From positions 32,001 to 96,000 of the forward strand of contig JBALDB010000006.1 of the NCBI GenBank assembly GCA_036918135.1: DNA of 64,000 bases, in the 5' to 3' direction. A program made the translations under genes and the position numbers. Positions within the stretch are counted from its first letter, which is position 1. Each line of letters begins with the position of its first letter. This document shows positions 1 to 10,207 of the stretch, in pieces. Source of the DNA: Nostoc sp. GTDB lineage: Bacteria > Cyanobacteriota > Cyanobacteriia > Cyanobacteriales > Nostocaceae. The notes beneath the pieces were generated by a model that was given only the letters and a program-made list of their open reading frames with translations, searched no databases and was not told where the DNA came from.

Positions 1-2443
1 CATCTCTGCTTAAAATGGGTACTGTTTCAACAGCTATCCGCACTACTCGGTCTTTATTTGTCACTAGGGCTACCTCGCTAGAAGCGAGCGCCTTTACCAT
101 ACCAGCTAAGTTGTCAGTTTTGCTGGTAAATTTCAGTGCTTGGGTGCCCAAATCACCTCGATTAGCTCCTCTTAATTGACTGGCAATCATCCGCTTGGCA
201 TATCCTTCTTGAGTCACTAGCAATAGCTGGTCATCTTTACTGACAGTTACACAGCCAACCATTTGCTGATTTCTCAATAGTCGAAATGCTTGTAAACCCA
301 TGGCCGTGCGACCCATGATCGGTAGTTGTTCGTCATTAACTGCAAATCGCAATACTCGACCTCCAGAACTAGCTAAAATCAGATGCTCTCCTGGAATAGT
401 GAACTGAGTAAATGACAATTGATCGTCGTCTTTGAACTTCAAAATCGTGATTCCGCGACGAGTCAAATTAGTAAATTCTTCTAAAGATAAACGCTTAATT
501 CGTCCCTGTTTTGTCAGGAGAACTATTTGACTAGTTTTAAGATTTTCTGGTAGTAAAAAGCGGCTCATTACATCTTCTTGAGCACCTTGAGCAGTATTGC
601 TGAGCATGGTAATCAGTGGTGTTCCCCGTGGAGAACGCCCAGTGGTCTGGGGAATTTCTCCCACCTTCACAGGATAGACTTTGCCACCACTTGTAAGTAT
701 TAACAAATCTTTGTCTGTATCTGTCAATACAGTTTGTATAATAAAATCATTGTCGTGCAAACCATTTTCAATTTTTGACTTTTTCCCTGATGTATGAATG
801 CGCCGAACGTAACCCCGTTGGGTAAACTCTAAAATTGCTTCTTCTGCGGGTTGAGAAGATTTGAGGTTTTCTTCTTCCTCTTCTGCCCCTGTGCTTCTTT
901 GCCTCTCTGCCCTAAACCTTTGATCCTCTGCCTTAGACCTCTGCTCCTCTGCTATTTTCGTCCGCCGGGAGTCGTTGTACTTACGCTTGAGCGATCGCAA
1001 ATCTTTTTTCAGCGCCTTGAGTAATTCGTGGCGATCGCTGAGTAATTTTTGTAATAAATCAATTTGCTCGCTAAGTTGTTCAAATTCCTGCTGCAAGTTT
1101 TGCTGCTCTAAACTCGTAAGGCGGCGCAACGGCATCGCCAGAATTGCATCTCCTTGTACCTCACTCAAACCTAGTCGGCTACAAAGGTTGATTTTTGCAG
1201 TACTACCATCAGCAGCTTGGCGCAAAATTTTAATCACTTCATCCAAATTAGACAAAGCTTTGAGCAAACCTTGCACTAAATGCAATCGACTTTGGGCTTT
1301 CCCCAACTCATAACTGTAGCGACGGTTGAGGGTTTGTTCTCGGAAACTCAAAAACTCCTGTAAAAGTTGTCGTAAACTCAACTGGCGGGGTTGTCCATCG
1401 ACTATTGCCAACAGAATTGCTCCAAAGTTACTTTGTAAGGCAGTTTGGTGATATAAATTTTGTAGAACTTCTTGAGGATTGGTATCGCGTTTGAGTTCAA
1501 TTACCACTCGCATACCTTCGCGATCGCTTTCATCCCGCAGATCGGAAATTCCTTGCAGGCGACCTTGATTTACTAAGTCTGCTACCTTCTCAATCCAGCC
1601 TGCCTTATTTACTTGATATGGCAATTCTGTGACAATAATTGCCGTTCGTCGCTTGCTTCCCCTGGTGGCTGGAATTTCCTCCAACGTCGCCAGTCCCCGC
1701 AGGACAATTCCACCCTTACCTGTAGTGTACGCCTCGCGAATTCCGCTCTCACCAACTATTTCCCCACCTGTGGGAAAATCCGGCCCTGGAATTAGCTCGA
1801 ATAACTTTTCATCTGACAAATCAGGAGTGTCGATTAAGGCAATCAACCCATCGACTATTTCCCCCAAATTGTGCGGTGGAATATTCGTCGCCATTCCCAC
1901 AGCAATACCAGAACAGCCATTGAGCAACAGAAATGGCAACTGAGCAGGTAATACCGTTGGCTCTTGCTGGGAATTATCGAAATTACCAACAAATTCCACC
2001 GTTTCTTCGCCAATTTCAGTCAGCATTCCTTCATGACTGATAGCTGCGAGGCGCGTTTCTGTGTAGCGCATTGCCGCCGGTGGGTCATTATCAACGCTGC
2101 CAAAGTTCCCATGTCCAGCCAGTAAAGGATAGCGGCTAGAAAATTCCTGCACCAGCCTGACTAATGCATCGTAAACCGCTTGATCCCCGTGGGGATGGTA
2201 TTTACCCAGTACATCACCAACTACACGGGCACATTTTCGATAAGGTCTATCTGGAAGCAAACCTAGTTCGTGCATTGCATAGAGAATGCGGCGATGCACT
2301 GGTTTTAAGCCATCACGCACGTCTGGTAGCGCTCGCCCAACAATCACGCTCATGGCATATTCTAAGTAAGACCGTTGCATCTCGGTGTGCAGGGCTGTTG
2401 TAATCACCTGTCCCGTTGAGAGAAGGTTTAACTGTTTTGCCAT
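1..2443 (-). CDS. gyrA: DNA gyrase/topoisomerase IV subunit A (GyrA/ParC paralogue); 3' end runs off the window
   Basis: Not in the ORF track because it has no stop in the window. Translated by hand from ATG at 2443: [57 protein letters not shown]...[15 protein letters not shown]...AAMRYTE (catalytic Tyr), then beta-pinwheel C-terminal repeats. No QRRGGKG GyrA box, so it may be the parC-like copy. Confidence 0.93.
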   Translation of the reverse strand, partial: MAKQLNLLSTGQVITTALHTEMQRSYLEYAMSVIVGRALPDVRDGLKPVHRRILYAMHELGLLPDRPYRKCARVVGDVLGKYHPHGDQAVYDALVRLVQEFSSRYPLLAGHGNFGSVDNDPPAAMRYTETRLAAISHEGMLTEIGEETVEFVGNFDNSQQEPTVLPAQLPFLLLNGCSGIAVGMATNIPPHNLGEIVDGLIALIDTPDLSDEKLFELIPGPDFPTGGEIVGESGIREAYTTGKGGIVLRGLATLEEIPATRGSKRRTAIIVTELPYQVNKAGWIEKVADLVNQGRLQGISDLRDESDREGMRVVIELKRDTNPQEVLQNLYHQTALQSNFGAILLAIVDGQPRQLSLRQLLQEFLSFREQTLNRRYSYELGKAQSRLHLVQGLLKALSNLDEVIKILRQAADGSTAKINLCSRLGLSEVQGDAILAMPLRRLTSLEQQNLQQEFEQLSEQIDLLQKLLSDRHELLKALKKDLRSLKRKYNDSRRTKIAEEQRSKAEDQRFRAERQRSTGAEEEEENLKSSQPAEEAILEFTQRGYVRRIHTSGKKSKIENGLHDNDFIIQTVLTDTDKDLLILTSGGKVYPVKVGEIPQTTGRSPRGTPLITMLSNTAQGAQEDVMSRFLLPENLKTSQIVLLTKQGRIKRLSLEEFTNLTRRGITILKFKDDDQLSFTQFTIPGEHLILASSGGRVLRFAVNDEQLPIMGRTAMGLQAFRLLRNQQMVGCVTVSKDDQLLLVTQEGYAKRMIASQLRGANRGDLGTQALKFTSKTDNLAGMVKALASSEVALVTNKDRVVRIAVETVPILSRD

Positions 2444-2977
2444 GAGTTTTTTCCCTGAAATTTAACTATATAAAAGCCGATGACACTCAATACTCCAGCA
2501 ACCACAGCATAACGGATGAAATGCGATTCCTGACAAAATCTTGATAGTCACAGAATAAAAAGCAGTAATATCATCCTTGATAACGAGGCTGTAAATTGAC
2601 TATTAAAAAGAAGGCAGACGACAATAATTTACATACATTTAGTAGCTACGATACTTACCATGATTGCATTTCTTAATTTAGAATTTTGGGCAAAGCCTCA
2701 GGCACTTGTGGTAATCGCACCAGCCAACCCTAAAAGCAAATAGACGCCACTTGCAATCCTATGGGAACGCCAAAGGCAAATAAAGCCAGGATAGTCCTTA
2801 CAACAAAGTGGCTCAAATTTCCAACAGGAATTTTGAATGTCGAAAGTTTTTAGCTGGCTGAGTTCAGAATTCCTATAGTTACTGCTGGGCATAGCAAGAT
2901 CCCAAAGAGTATAGTTAGCATTCAGAACTGTCCAACATCAATTTTTGAATCTCTCCACCTCCATAACTAAAATTCTC

Positions 2978-3382
2978 ATGAAAACCGTTTTAATTGTCGA
3001 AGACGATCTAATTAATGCTCGTGTTTTTTCTAAAATTTTGTCCAAGCGCGGCGGTTTGGGCGTGAAACACACTGAAAATGTGGAAGAAGTAATAAAAATT
3101 GCCCAATCAGGAGAAGCAGACTTGATTTTGATGGACGTTTCTCTCTCCAGAAGTGTTTATCAAGGCAAGTCAGTTGATGGAATCAAGATTACACAAATGT
3201 TAAAATCAGACCCAAAAACAGCAAACTTACCCGTTATTCTAGTGACGGCGCACGCTATGGAAGGCGATCGCGAAAACTTTCTCAAGCAAAGCGGCGCTGA
3301 CGGCTACATTTCTAAACCAGTTGTTGACCATCAACAGTTTGTTGAGCAGATCGTGACACTTCTACCCCCAGACAAGCACTGA
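2978..3382 (+). CDS. Single-domain response regulator (CheY/DivK-like)
   Basis: VLIVEDD, DLILMD phospho-acceptor, VTAHAM, YISKP; ATG at 2978 preferred over TTG at 2945. Confidence 0.92.
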   Translation: MKTVLIVEDDLINARVFSKILSKRGGLGVKHTENVEEVIKIAQSGEADLILMDVSLSRSVYQGKSVDGIKITQMLKSDPKTANLPVILVTAHAMEGDRENFLKQSGADGYISKPVVDHQQFVEQIVTLLPPDKH

Positions 3383-3616
3383 CAAATCAGGACTTATTTT
3401 TGGAATATTCGTCTACCAATGTTTTTGACCAACTAGTTCCTATCTTTAATTAAGTATATATGTACTACAAGGAGGTACTGTTCGGCAAGTAGTAATAACA
3501 GAGGGGACTGTGGACTGGGGAAAACAAGAGTGTGGTAGAGGTGTCTGGTGTGGGAGGATGGAGAGGAAAATAGCTATTACTCAATAATTTCTCCCCCCAC
3601 TCCCCATGTCCTACTC

Positions 3617-4504
3617 CTATTGTGTAGGCCGTTTTTCAGGCACTGATGATGAGTTTTCGCCTTGCTGTAGAGCTGCTTGAATACGAGGTAATTCTAAGAA
3701 TTTTTTCGTATCAGCTAGTAAGCGATCGCCCCAGAGATTTTCTTTGAGGAAATTTAGACTACCATAGCGCGGATCGATGCGGAGCGCGGCTTCTCCCAAG
3801 CTCAGTCCTTGTTGGCGATCGCCTTTAGTATACAGTGCCACTGCCAAAGCTAGTAAAGGTTCTGCGGCTTGCTTTTCAATGGTTACAGCCGATTGCCATT
3901 GCTTAATCGCTCCTGAGATGTCACCTTGTTCGTAGTTGATTAAGCCTATATTGTTGATTGCCGGCCAGAATTTTTTATCTTGAGTTATAGCTCGATTGTA
4001 TTGAGAGACGGCATCTGGCAATCGACCCATCAAAAAGTAAGCATTACCCAAATCAAACAATCCTTCTGGGTCATTGGGTTTTAACTTCAAACCCTCTTGA
4101 TAACTGACAACAGCCTGCTGGTACTTTTGTTGCTGAAAATTAGCTGAACCAATAGCAAACAGAATATCAGCATTTTTGGGGTTGAGAGATTGGGCTTTTT
4201 TTAAGGACGCGATCGCTCCGTCGAACTCTTTATTTTGTAACTGCAATCCACCCAAAAGCAACCAGACTTTATCATTATTAGGAGCCAGCTGAGCAGCTAG
4301 CCGCGCTCGTGGCAATGCTAAGTCAACCTGTTGAAACTGAGCTAATTGAGCCGCCTCCTGTGCCAGAGTCAACCCCTGCTTTTCTAACTTTGCTGTATCT
4401 AGTTGCAGCGTATGGGGTATTAATGCCTGCGCGTTAGCGGCTTTTGGTACACTCCATAAACTACAGACAACCACAAGAAAAATCAAATAAAAATGTTTAG
4501 GCAC
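3617..4504 (-). CDS. Exported tetratricopeptide-repeat protein
   Basis: Signal peptide (AANA/QA) followed by successive TPR units (VWLLLGGLQ, ILFAIGSANF, GLFDLGNAYF, AINNIGLINY). Confidence 0.9.
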   Translation of the reverse strand: MPKHFYLIFLVVVCSLWSVPKAANAQALIPHTLQLDTAKLEKQGLTLAQEAAQLAQFQQVDLALPRARLAAQLAPNNDKVWLLLGGLQLQNKEFDGAIASLKKAQSLNPKNADILFAIGSANFQQQKYQQAVVSYQEGLKLKPNDPEGLFDLGNAYFLMGRLPDAVSQYNRAITQDKKFWPAINNIGLINYEQGDISGAIKQWQSAVTIEKQAAEPLLALAVALYTKGDRQQGLSLGEAALRIDPRYGSLNFLKENLWGDRLLADTKKFLELPRIQAALQQGENSSSVPEKRPTQ

Positions 4505-4955
4505 ACTACCGCCTCTAAGCCACTTATCAAAGAATCTTTCAGCTAGCTTAAACGATCTCCGCTGTTGACGGCAGCAAAATCTTGGGTCATTTGTAATTAG
4601 TCATTGGTCATTGCTCATTGAAAGTATGGGAAAGGTCAGGTAGTGGAGTAAAGTTCTCTCCTCTTCTCCCCATTATAAAAACTGATGACTTTGGTCATAC
4701 ACCACTCTGGAATTACTTATGACTTTGGTCATACATCGGTTTGGACGTTTTGAGCAATAATTATTATGTATGAATTTATACGAAGAGGTAAATATTAAAT
4801 ATTTGACAGCAGATTTCAAGTTAGTGAGGTACACAGCTTGGGTTTGGTAACCAAACATTTAGTCTGTTTTACTTCCAAATTTTAATCCTGCTGTAATACC
4901 AAAACAACTGTTTAAGATTTTTCAATCAAAACCGGAGCACAAAGGAGTCAATTCG

Positions 4956-5501
4956 ATGTTGAAACAAAACTGTGGATTTTTAGTTGTAGCTGCTGCCACG
5001 CTGGTTGTTCCTACTTTCTTGAGTGCGCCTGCAAATGCCCAAACACAGGTCTATGTGGTTGGCCAGAGCGATCGGGATTGGAACCGCGATCGCACTAATC
5101 CGATAGAAGTCAGAACTCGCGAAAACAGGGACAATTGGAACCGTGACGGCAGAGTTAATTCTAGAGAAGTCAGAACTCGCGAAAATTGGGACAATTGGGA
5201 TCGCAACGGTAGACATAATCCTAGAGAAATTAGAAATCGCCAAAACAGGGACAATTGGAACCGTGACAACCAACCATATACCAGAGTAATCAGACTTGGT
5301 AATGGTGATATTAGATACCCAAATGGCCAAATTATTCCTGCTAGAAGTATAGCTAGACTACGTAATCAAGGTTACTTTAGACTTCCTAATGGGGATATTC
5401 TTCTTCCAAGTGAGGAAATTGTTCCTGCCGCTAGATTAGTTCGAGTGCGTGATGATTATTTCAGACTTCCTAATGGACTGGTACTGCAAATTAACCTCTA
5501 A
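4956..5501 (+). CDS. Secreted hypothetical protein with Arg/Asp/Asn/Trp 20-aa repeats and C-terminal (Y/F)RxPNG repeats
   Basis: AAGGAG RBS, signal peptide ending PANA/Q, about three copies of RDNWNRDGRxNxREVRTREN. Confidence 0.75.
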   Translation: MLKQNCGFLVVAAATLVVPTFLSAPANAQTQVYVVGQSDRDWNRDRTNPIEVRTRENRDNWNRDGRVNSREVRTRENWDNWDRNGRHNPREIRNRQNRDNWNRDNQPYTRVIRLGNGDIRYPNGQIIPARSIARLRNQGYFRLPNGDILLPSEEIVPAARLVRVRDDYFRLPNGLVLQINL

Positions 5502-5603
5502 AACACTAAGAACTAAAAATTATTCTCAGTATGGAGCTACCAGGCTATAGTTTTAGCCGTGAAGAACAGCTCGGTAGCCGTTCCTTTTAGATTAAAAATA
5601 AAC

Positions 5604-7205
5604 ATGCAAATTGATACAAAAAAAACTGTAGATTCACCAGTTTTTCCTCCAGAGGTAAAGAAAAAAAGAAGTAAGAAAAATTGGCTCTCTTGGCTACTTG
5701 TTCTTGCTCTACTGGGTGGAATTGGGTACGCAGTATATTACCAAGTAACTGTCGTTCCCCATCAACAAGCCAGACGCCGAATGCTGACAAGGCCTGTACA
5801 AAGGCAGAATTTAGTAGTCAAAGTTTCAGCCAATGGAGAGGTGAAGCCTGAGCGGTCAATCAACCTCAGTCCGAAAAATTCAGGCGTACTGAAAACACTA
5901 CTGGTGAAGGAAGGAGATATCGTCAAACAAGGGCAAATTTTAGCCTACATGGATGATTCCAACCTGCGGGGGCAATTTACTTCTGCTCAAGGACAATTGG
6001 CACAAGCCGAAGCGAATCTACAAAAAGCCCAAGCAGGTAATCGCCCCCAGGATATTGCTCAAGCACAGGCACAACTGGACGAAGCCGAAGCGAATCTGCA
6101 AAAGGTACAAGCAGGCAATCGCTCTCAAGATATTGCTCAAGCACAAGCACGTTTACAAAGCGCTCAAGCAAACTTAAGTAAAGTGGAAGATGATTTCCGC
6201 CGCAATCAACAACTTTATAATGCAGGCGGTATTTCTCTTCAGACTCTCAACCAAAACCGTGCTGACAAGGATAGCGCCCAAGCAGCTGTCAATGAAGCCC
6301 AACAAGCACTAGCTTTGCAAAAAGCTGGGTCACGAAAAGAAGACATCGAACAAGCACGAGCCGTAGTTAACCAAAGACAACAAGCTTTGGCACTCCTGAA
6401 AGCCGGAAGCCGCAAAGAAGATATAGATGCTGCCCGCGCTCAGGTAACATCTGCTCGCGGTTCGCTGCAAAATATCCAAGCTGAAATCAACGATACGATT
6501 ATTCGCGCTCCTTTTGATAGCGTAGTGACCAAAAAGTATGCCGATCCCGGCGCTTTTGTAACTCCCACAACTGCCAGTAGTGACGTATCTTCTGCTACTT
6601 CTTCTTCAATCTTGTCTCTAGCTTCCACAAACGAAGTTGTCGCCAATTTAGCGGAAACAAATATTTCTAAAATCAGCCTTGGTCAAAAAGTTACCATTCA
6701 AGCAGATGCCTACCCAGGAAAAACTTTTGAAGGCAAAGTTAAGCAAATTGCTGCCCAATCCGTAGTAGAACAAAACGTTACCAGTTTTGAAGTCAGAGTG
6801 TCACTCTCAGACCCTCAAAGGCTACTACGGTCAGGGATGAATGTGGAAGCAGATTTTCAAGTCGGTGAAGTGAAAAATGCCTTGGTGGTGCCAACAGCCT
6901 CGGTGGTGCGCCAAGAAAATGCTACAGGCGTGTTTGTACCAGGAAAGAATAACAGACCTGTATTTACTCCCATCGAGACGGGCGTCACCGCGAATAACTT
7001 TACAGAAGTTAAGTCTGGATTGACAGGAAACGAAAGGGTATTGCTGAGTTTCCCGCCAGGATCGCGTCCGCAATCAACACCACGAGGAGGAGTTTTTCCT
7101 GGTCTAGGAGGAGGCGGAGCCGGAGGAGGAAGAGGAGCCGGCGGCGGGGGAGGTCGTTCAGGCGGTGGTTCTGGTGGTGGTCGTTCAGGGGGTGGTTCTC
7201 CTTAA
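5604..7205 (+). CDS. Efflux periplasmic adaptor (MacA/HlyD family)
   Basis: N-terminal TM, lipoyl half-motifs (LLVKEGDIVKQGQIL; IIRAPFD), long AQA coiled-coil hairpin, LRSGMNV, Gly-rich tail. Confidence 0.92.
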   Translation: MQIDTKKTVDSPVFPPEVKKKRSKKNWLSWLLVLALLGGIGYAVYYQVTVVPHQQARRRMLTRPVQRQNLVVKVSANGEVKPERSINLSPKNSGVLKTLLVKEGDIVKQGQILAYMDDSNLRGQFTSAQGQLAQAEANLQKAQAGNRPQDIAQAQAQLDEAEANLQKVQAGNRSQDIAQAQARLQSAQANLSKVEDDFRRNQQLYNAGGISLQTLNQNRADKDSAQAAVNEAQQALALQKAGSRKEDIEQARAVVNQRQQALALLKAGSRKEDIDAARAQVTSARGSLQNIQAEINDTIIRAPFDSVVTKKYADPGAFVTPTTASSDVSSATSSSILSLASTNEVVANLAETNISKISLGQKVTIQADAYPGKTFEGKVKQIAAQSVVEQNVTSFEVRVSLSDPQRLLRSGMNVEADFQVGEVKNALVVPTASVVRQENATGVFVPGKNNRPVFTPIETGVTANNFTEVKSGLTGNERVLLSFPPGSRPQSTPRGGVFPGLGGGGAGGGRGAGGGGGRSGGGSGGGRSGGGSP

Positions 7206-7227
7206 AGTTAGTTTGAAATACAACCTT

Positions 7228-8508
7228 ATGTTTAAAATATTTAAGGGTTTTTATAAAGCTAAGAGTAGCCGCACAGTGCCGCTGTTAGAAATATTGTCAA
7301 TGGCGGTAGAAACACTGTGGAGTAATAAATTACGTACAGGACTAACGATGTTGGGCGTAATTATTGGCATTTCCTCAGTGATTGCGATTACTTCGGTTGG
7401 TCAAGGAGTGCAAAAAGGAGTCGAACAACAGATCCAAGCATTGGGTACAGATGTACTGCAAATCTTAGCTGGTGCAGCTAGAAGCGGGAATGTTCGTCAA
7501 GGAATAGGTTCTAGCAGCACGTTGACATGGGAAGATGCCAAAGCGATCGCCACACAAGCCCCATCTGTTCAACTCGTTTCTGCTTACCTCCAGCGGAGTG
7601 CCCAAGTTGTTTATCAAGGACAAAATACTTCAACAACAATTTATGGTACAGATTTAAATTACCCAGAAGTGAGAAATACTCACCCCCAGCAGGGGAGATA
7701 TTTCACTCAACAAGAACTAGATACCAGAGCTCAAGTTGCAATTCTTGGCCCTACAGTCCAACGCACACTGTTTGGACAGAGTGGTAATGTTATGGGTACA
7801 AGAATTCGGATTCAAGGAGAAGCTTACGAAGTCATTGGTGTGATGGAACCTAAAGGTTCTCAAGGGCCAATGGATCGAGATGACCAAATTTTTATTCCTC
7901 TAACTAGTATGTCGGCAAGACTAGTTGGTAACAATGCTTTGGTAGGTATTTCTGTAACTGGGATTTTAGTTAAATCAGCCAATCAAGAAGATTTAGAAGC
8001 AGCTCAGTTTCAAGTCACCAATTTGTTGCGCTTGCGGCATAATATTTATCCGCCCCAAGTTGATGATTTCCGACTCACTAACCAAGCTGATATTGTTAGT
8101 ACTTTCACTAATGTTGTGGGTTTATTTACAGTAATGGTAGTGGCGATCGCTGGTATTTCCTTAGTAGTTGGCGGTATTGGTATTGCCAACATCATGTTAG
8201 TTTCCGTAGTCGAACGCACGCGGGAAATTGGCATTCGTAAAGCCGTAGGAGCTACTAATTCTGCAATCCTCAATCAATTTTTAGCCGAAGCGATCGTAAT
8301 TTCCATTGTTGGCGGAGGTATTGGTATGGTGACTGGCGTTTTATTAGCCTTTATAGCTGCAAACGTTTTCAAATTTCCTTTTATAATTTCTTTGTTGTCG
8401 ATTATTGCTGGGTTTGGACTGTCATTAACGGTTGGCTTATTGGCTGGAGTTATTCCAGCACGAAATGCATCCAAACTAGATCCAATCACTGCTTTACGTA
8501 GTGACTAA
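7228..8508 (+). CDS. ABC transporter permease (MacB/FtsX family)
   Basis: LTMLGVIIGISSVI, GGIGIANIMLVSVVERTREIGIRKAVGA, PARNASKLDPITALR. Confidence 0.95.
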   Translation: MFKIFKGFYKAKSSRTVPLLEILSMAVETLWSNKLRTGLTMLGVIIGISSVIAITSVGQGVQKGVEQQIQALGTDVLQILAGAARSGNVRQGIGSSSTLTWEDAKAIATQAPSVQLVSAYLQRSAQVVYQGQNTSTTIYGTDLNYPEVRNTHPQQGRYFTQQELDTRAQVAILGPTVQRTLFGQSGNVMGTRIRIQGEAYEVIGVMEPKGSQGPMDRDDQIFIPLTSMSARLVGNNALVGISVTGILVKSANQEDLEAAQFQVTNLLRLRHNIYPPQVDDFRLTNQADIVSTFTNVVGLFTVMVVAIAGISLVVGGIGIANIMLVSVVERTREIGIRKAVGATNSAILNQFLAEAIVISIVGGGIGMVTGVLLAFIAANVFKFPFIISLLSIIAGFGLSLTVGLLAGVIPARNASKLDPITALRSD

Positions 8509-8564
8509 ATAATTCAAACTTGAAAATTTCAAAATTAAAAGCTTCTCTGAAAACAGGTGAATAT

Positions 8565-9236
8565 ATGCAACTTGAACTAGACCATATCTTTGTCTGTGTT
8601 GAACCAGAAGCACCACCAACAGATTTGCTAACTGCTTTTGGACTCACAGAAGGTACTCGCAGAATTCATCAAGGTCAAGGAACTGCAAACGTTTGCTTTT
8701 TCTTTAATAATGCTTATCTTGAGTTACTTTGGCTTTTTGACACTAACGAAATCCAATCTCCTCTTGTTCGCCCTACAGGTTTGTGGGAACGCTGTCGTTG
8801 GCAAGAAACACAAGCTTGCCCTTTTGGCATTGCATTTCGGTCAACAGCATCAAATCTACGAGAAATACCATTTCCTACTTGGGATTACCATGCAGCATAT
8901 TTACAACCAAAAGCTTCTATTGCGATCGCAAGCAATAGTGACAATTTATCAGAACCATTGATTTTCATTTCACCCACAACTAAAAAACCTACAGATTACG
9001 CCCTAGAACGGCGATTACCTTTAGTTCATCAAGTTGGACTTAAAGAAATTACAGCATTACAAGTCATCTTACCTGGTGTTCAAAACTTTTCTGCTGAAGT
9101 GAAAACGTTAATTGAGCTTGGATTAGTGCAATTTTCACAAGGCAATTTTTATCAACTACAAATAGAATTTAATAATGCTAAGGAAAATAATTCACGAGAT
9201 TTTAGCCCGGAAATACCAATTTTAATTAAATGGTAA
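8565..9236 (+). CDS. VOC/glyoxalase-like protein
   Basis: LELDHIFVCV, HQGQGTAN..FFFNNAYLELLW typical of Glyoxalase_3-like proteins. Confidence 0.75.
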   Translation: MQLELDHIFVCVEPEAPPTDLLTAFGLTEGTRRIHQGQGTANVCFFFNNAYLELLWLFDTNEIQSPLVRPTGLWERCRWQETQACPFGIAFRSTASNLREIPFPTWDYHAAYLQPKASIAIASNSDNLSEPLIFISPTTKKPTDYALERRLPLVHQVGLKEITALQVILPGVQNFSAEVKTLIELGLVQFSQGNFYQLQIEFNNAKENNSRDFSPEIPILIKW

Positions 9237-9379
9237 CTATTAGATTACATCTTAGTTAATACACTTTATTATTTACATTTTTTAGTAAAAAATAATTTTA
9301 TAATTATTTGTAATGCTTTATATTTTTCAATTCAATATATTAAAAATAAAAACTAATAGTTTCTTAAGTCAAAATCAAT

Positions 9380-10051
9380 ATGCCAACCATGATTTGGATG
9401 GAATCCATTACTAAGACCTATCATTTAGGAGAAATTAGTGTTCCCATACTTAAAGGGATTCAACTCTCTATTGAAGAAGGGGAATATGTTGCCATTATGG
9501 GCGCATCAGGTTCGGGTAAATCTACACTGATGAATATTTTAGGATGTCTCGATCGCCCCACAACGGGACACTATATATTTGAAGGTAGAAATCTCACAAC
9601 TTATGATGATGATGAATTAGCTTACATCCGCAATCAAAGGATAGGTTTTGTTTTCCAACAATTTAATTTATTGGCGCGAGCGACAGCGCTAGAAAATGTA
9701 ATGCTACCAATGGTTTATGCTAACTTACCTAAAGTAAAACGGCATCAAAGGGCATTAGAAGCTTTGGAAAAGGTAGGATTAGGAGGACGCATTTCTAACC
9801 GTCCCAGTCAACTATCTGGTGGACAACAACAACGCGTAGCTATTGCTCGCGCTTTGGTTAACCGACCTGCATTAGTTTTGGCAGACGAGCCAACGGGTGC
9901 TTTAGATACTGAAACTTCTCATGAGGTAATGAATTTGTTGACAGAACTTAATAAGCAAGGTATCACAATTGTGATTGTTACTCATGAACCAGATATCGCT
10001 GCTCAAACTAAAAGAATTATCCGAGTTCAAGATGGTTTGATTGTATGTTAG
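9380..10051 (+). CDS. ABC transporter ATP-binding protein (MacB/LolD family)
   Basis: Walker [25 protein letters not shown], Walker [12 protein letters not shown]-loop VTHE. Confidence 0.96.
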   Translation: MPTMIWMESITKTYHLGEISVPILKGIQLSIEEGEYVAIMGASGSGKSTLMNILGCLDRPTTGHYIFEGRNLTTYDDDELAYIRNQRIGFVFQQFNLLARATALENVMLPMVYANLPKVKRHQRALEALEKVGLGGRISNRPSQLSGGQQQRVAIARALVNRPALVLADEPTGALDTETSHEVMNLLTELNKQGITIVIVTHEPDIAAQTKRIIRVQDGLIVC

Positions 10052-10207
10052 GGAGTGGTGACAGTTGAGCCTCGCCGGAGACTCCGAAGCTCCGATAAGG
10101 AATCAGGAATTTGGAGTTTGGAGTTATTCTCCTTGTCCCCGTGTCCTCTTCTCTCCCTCATCCTCCTCATTTCCCCTATTCCTGACTCCCAACTTCCGAT
10201 TACAAAT

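Noticed and set aside
975..2403. Plus-strand ORFs of 60-112 aa
   Set aside because: Antisense shadows of the gyrA/parC gene, which the ORF track missed because it runs off the window
3453..3466. AGTATATATGTACT, close to the cyanobacterial LexA box
   Set aside because: One mismatch and lies between convergent 3' ends, so no promoter to regulate
5095..5270. 60-bp periodic repeats as a possible CRISPR array
   Set aside because: In-frame coding repeats with no unique spacers and no cas genes
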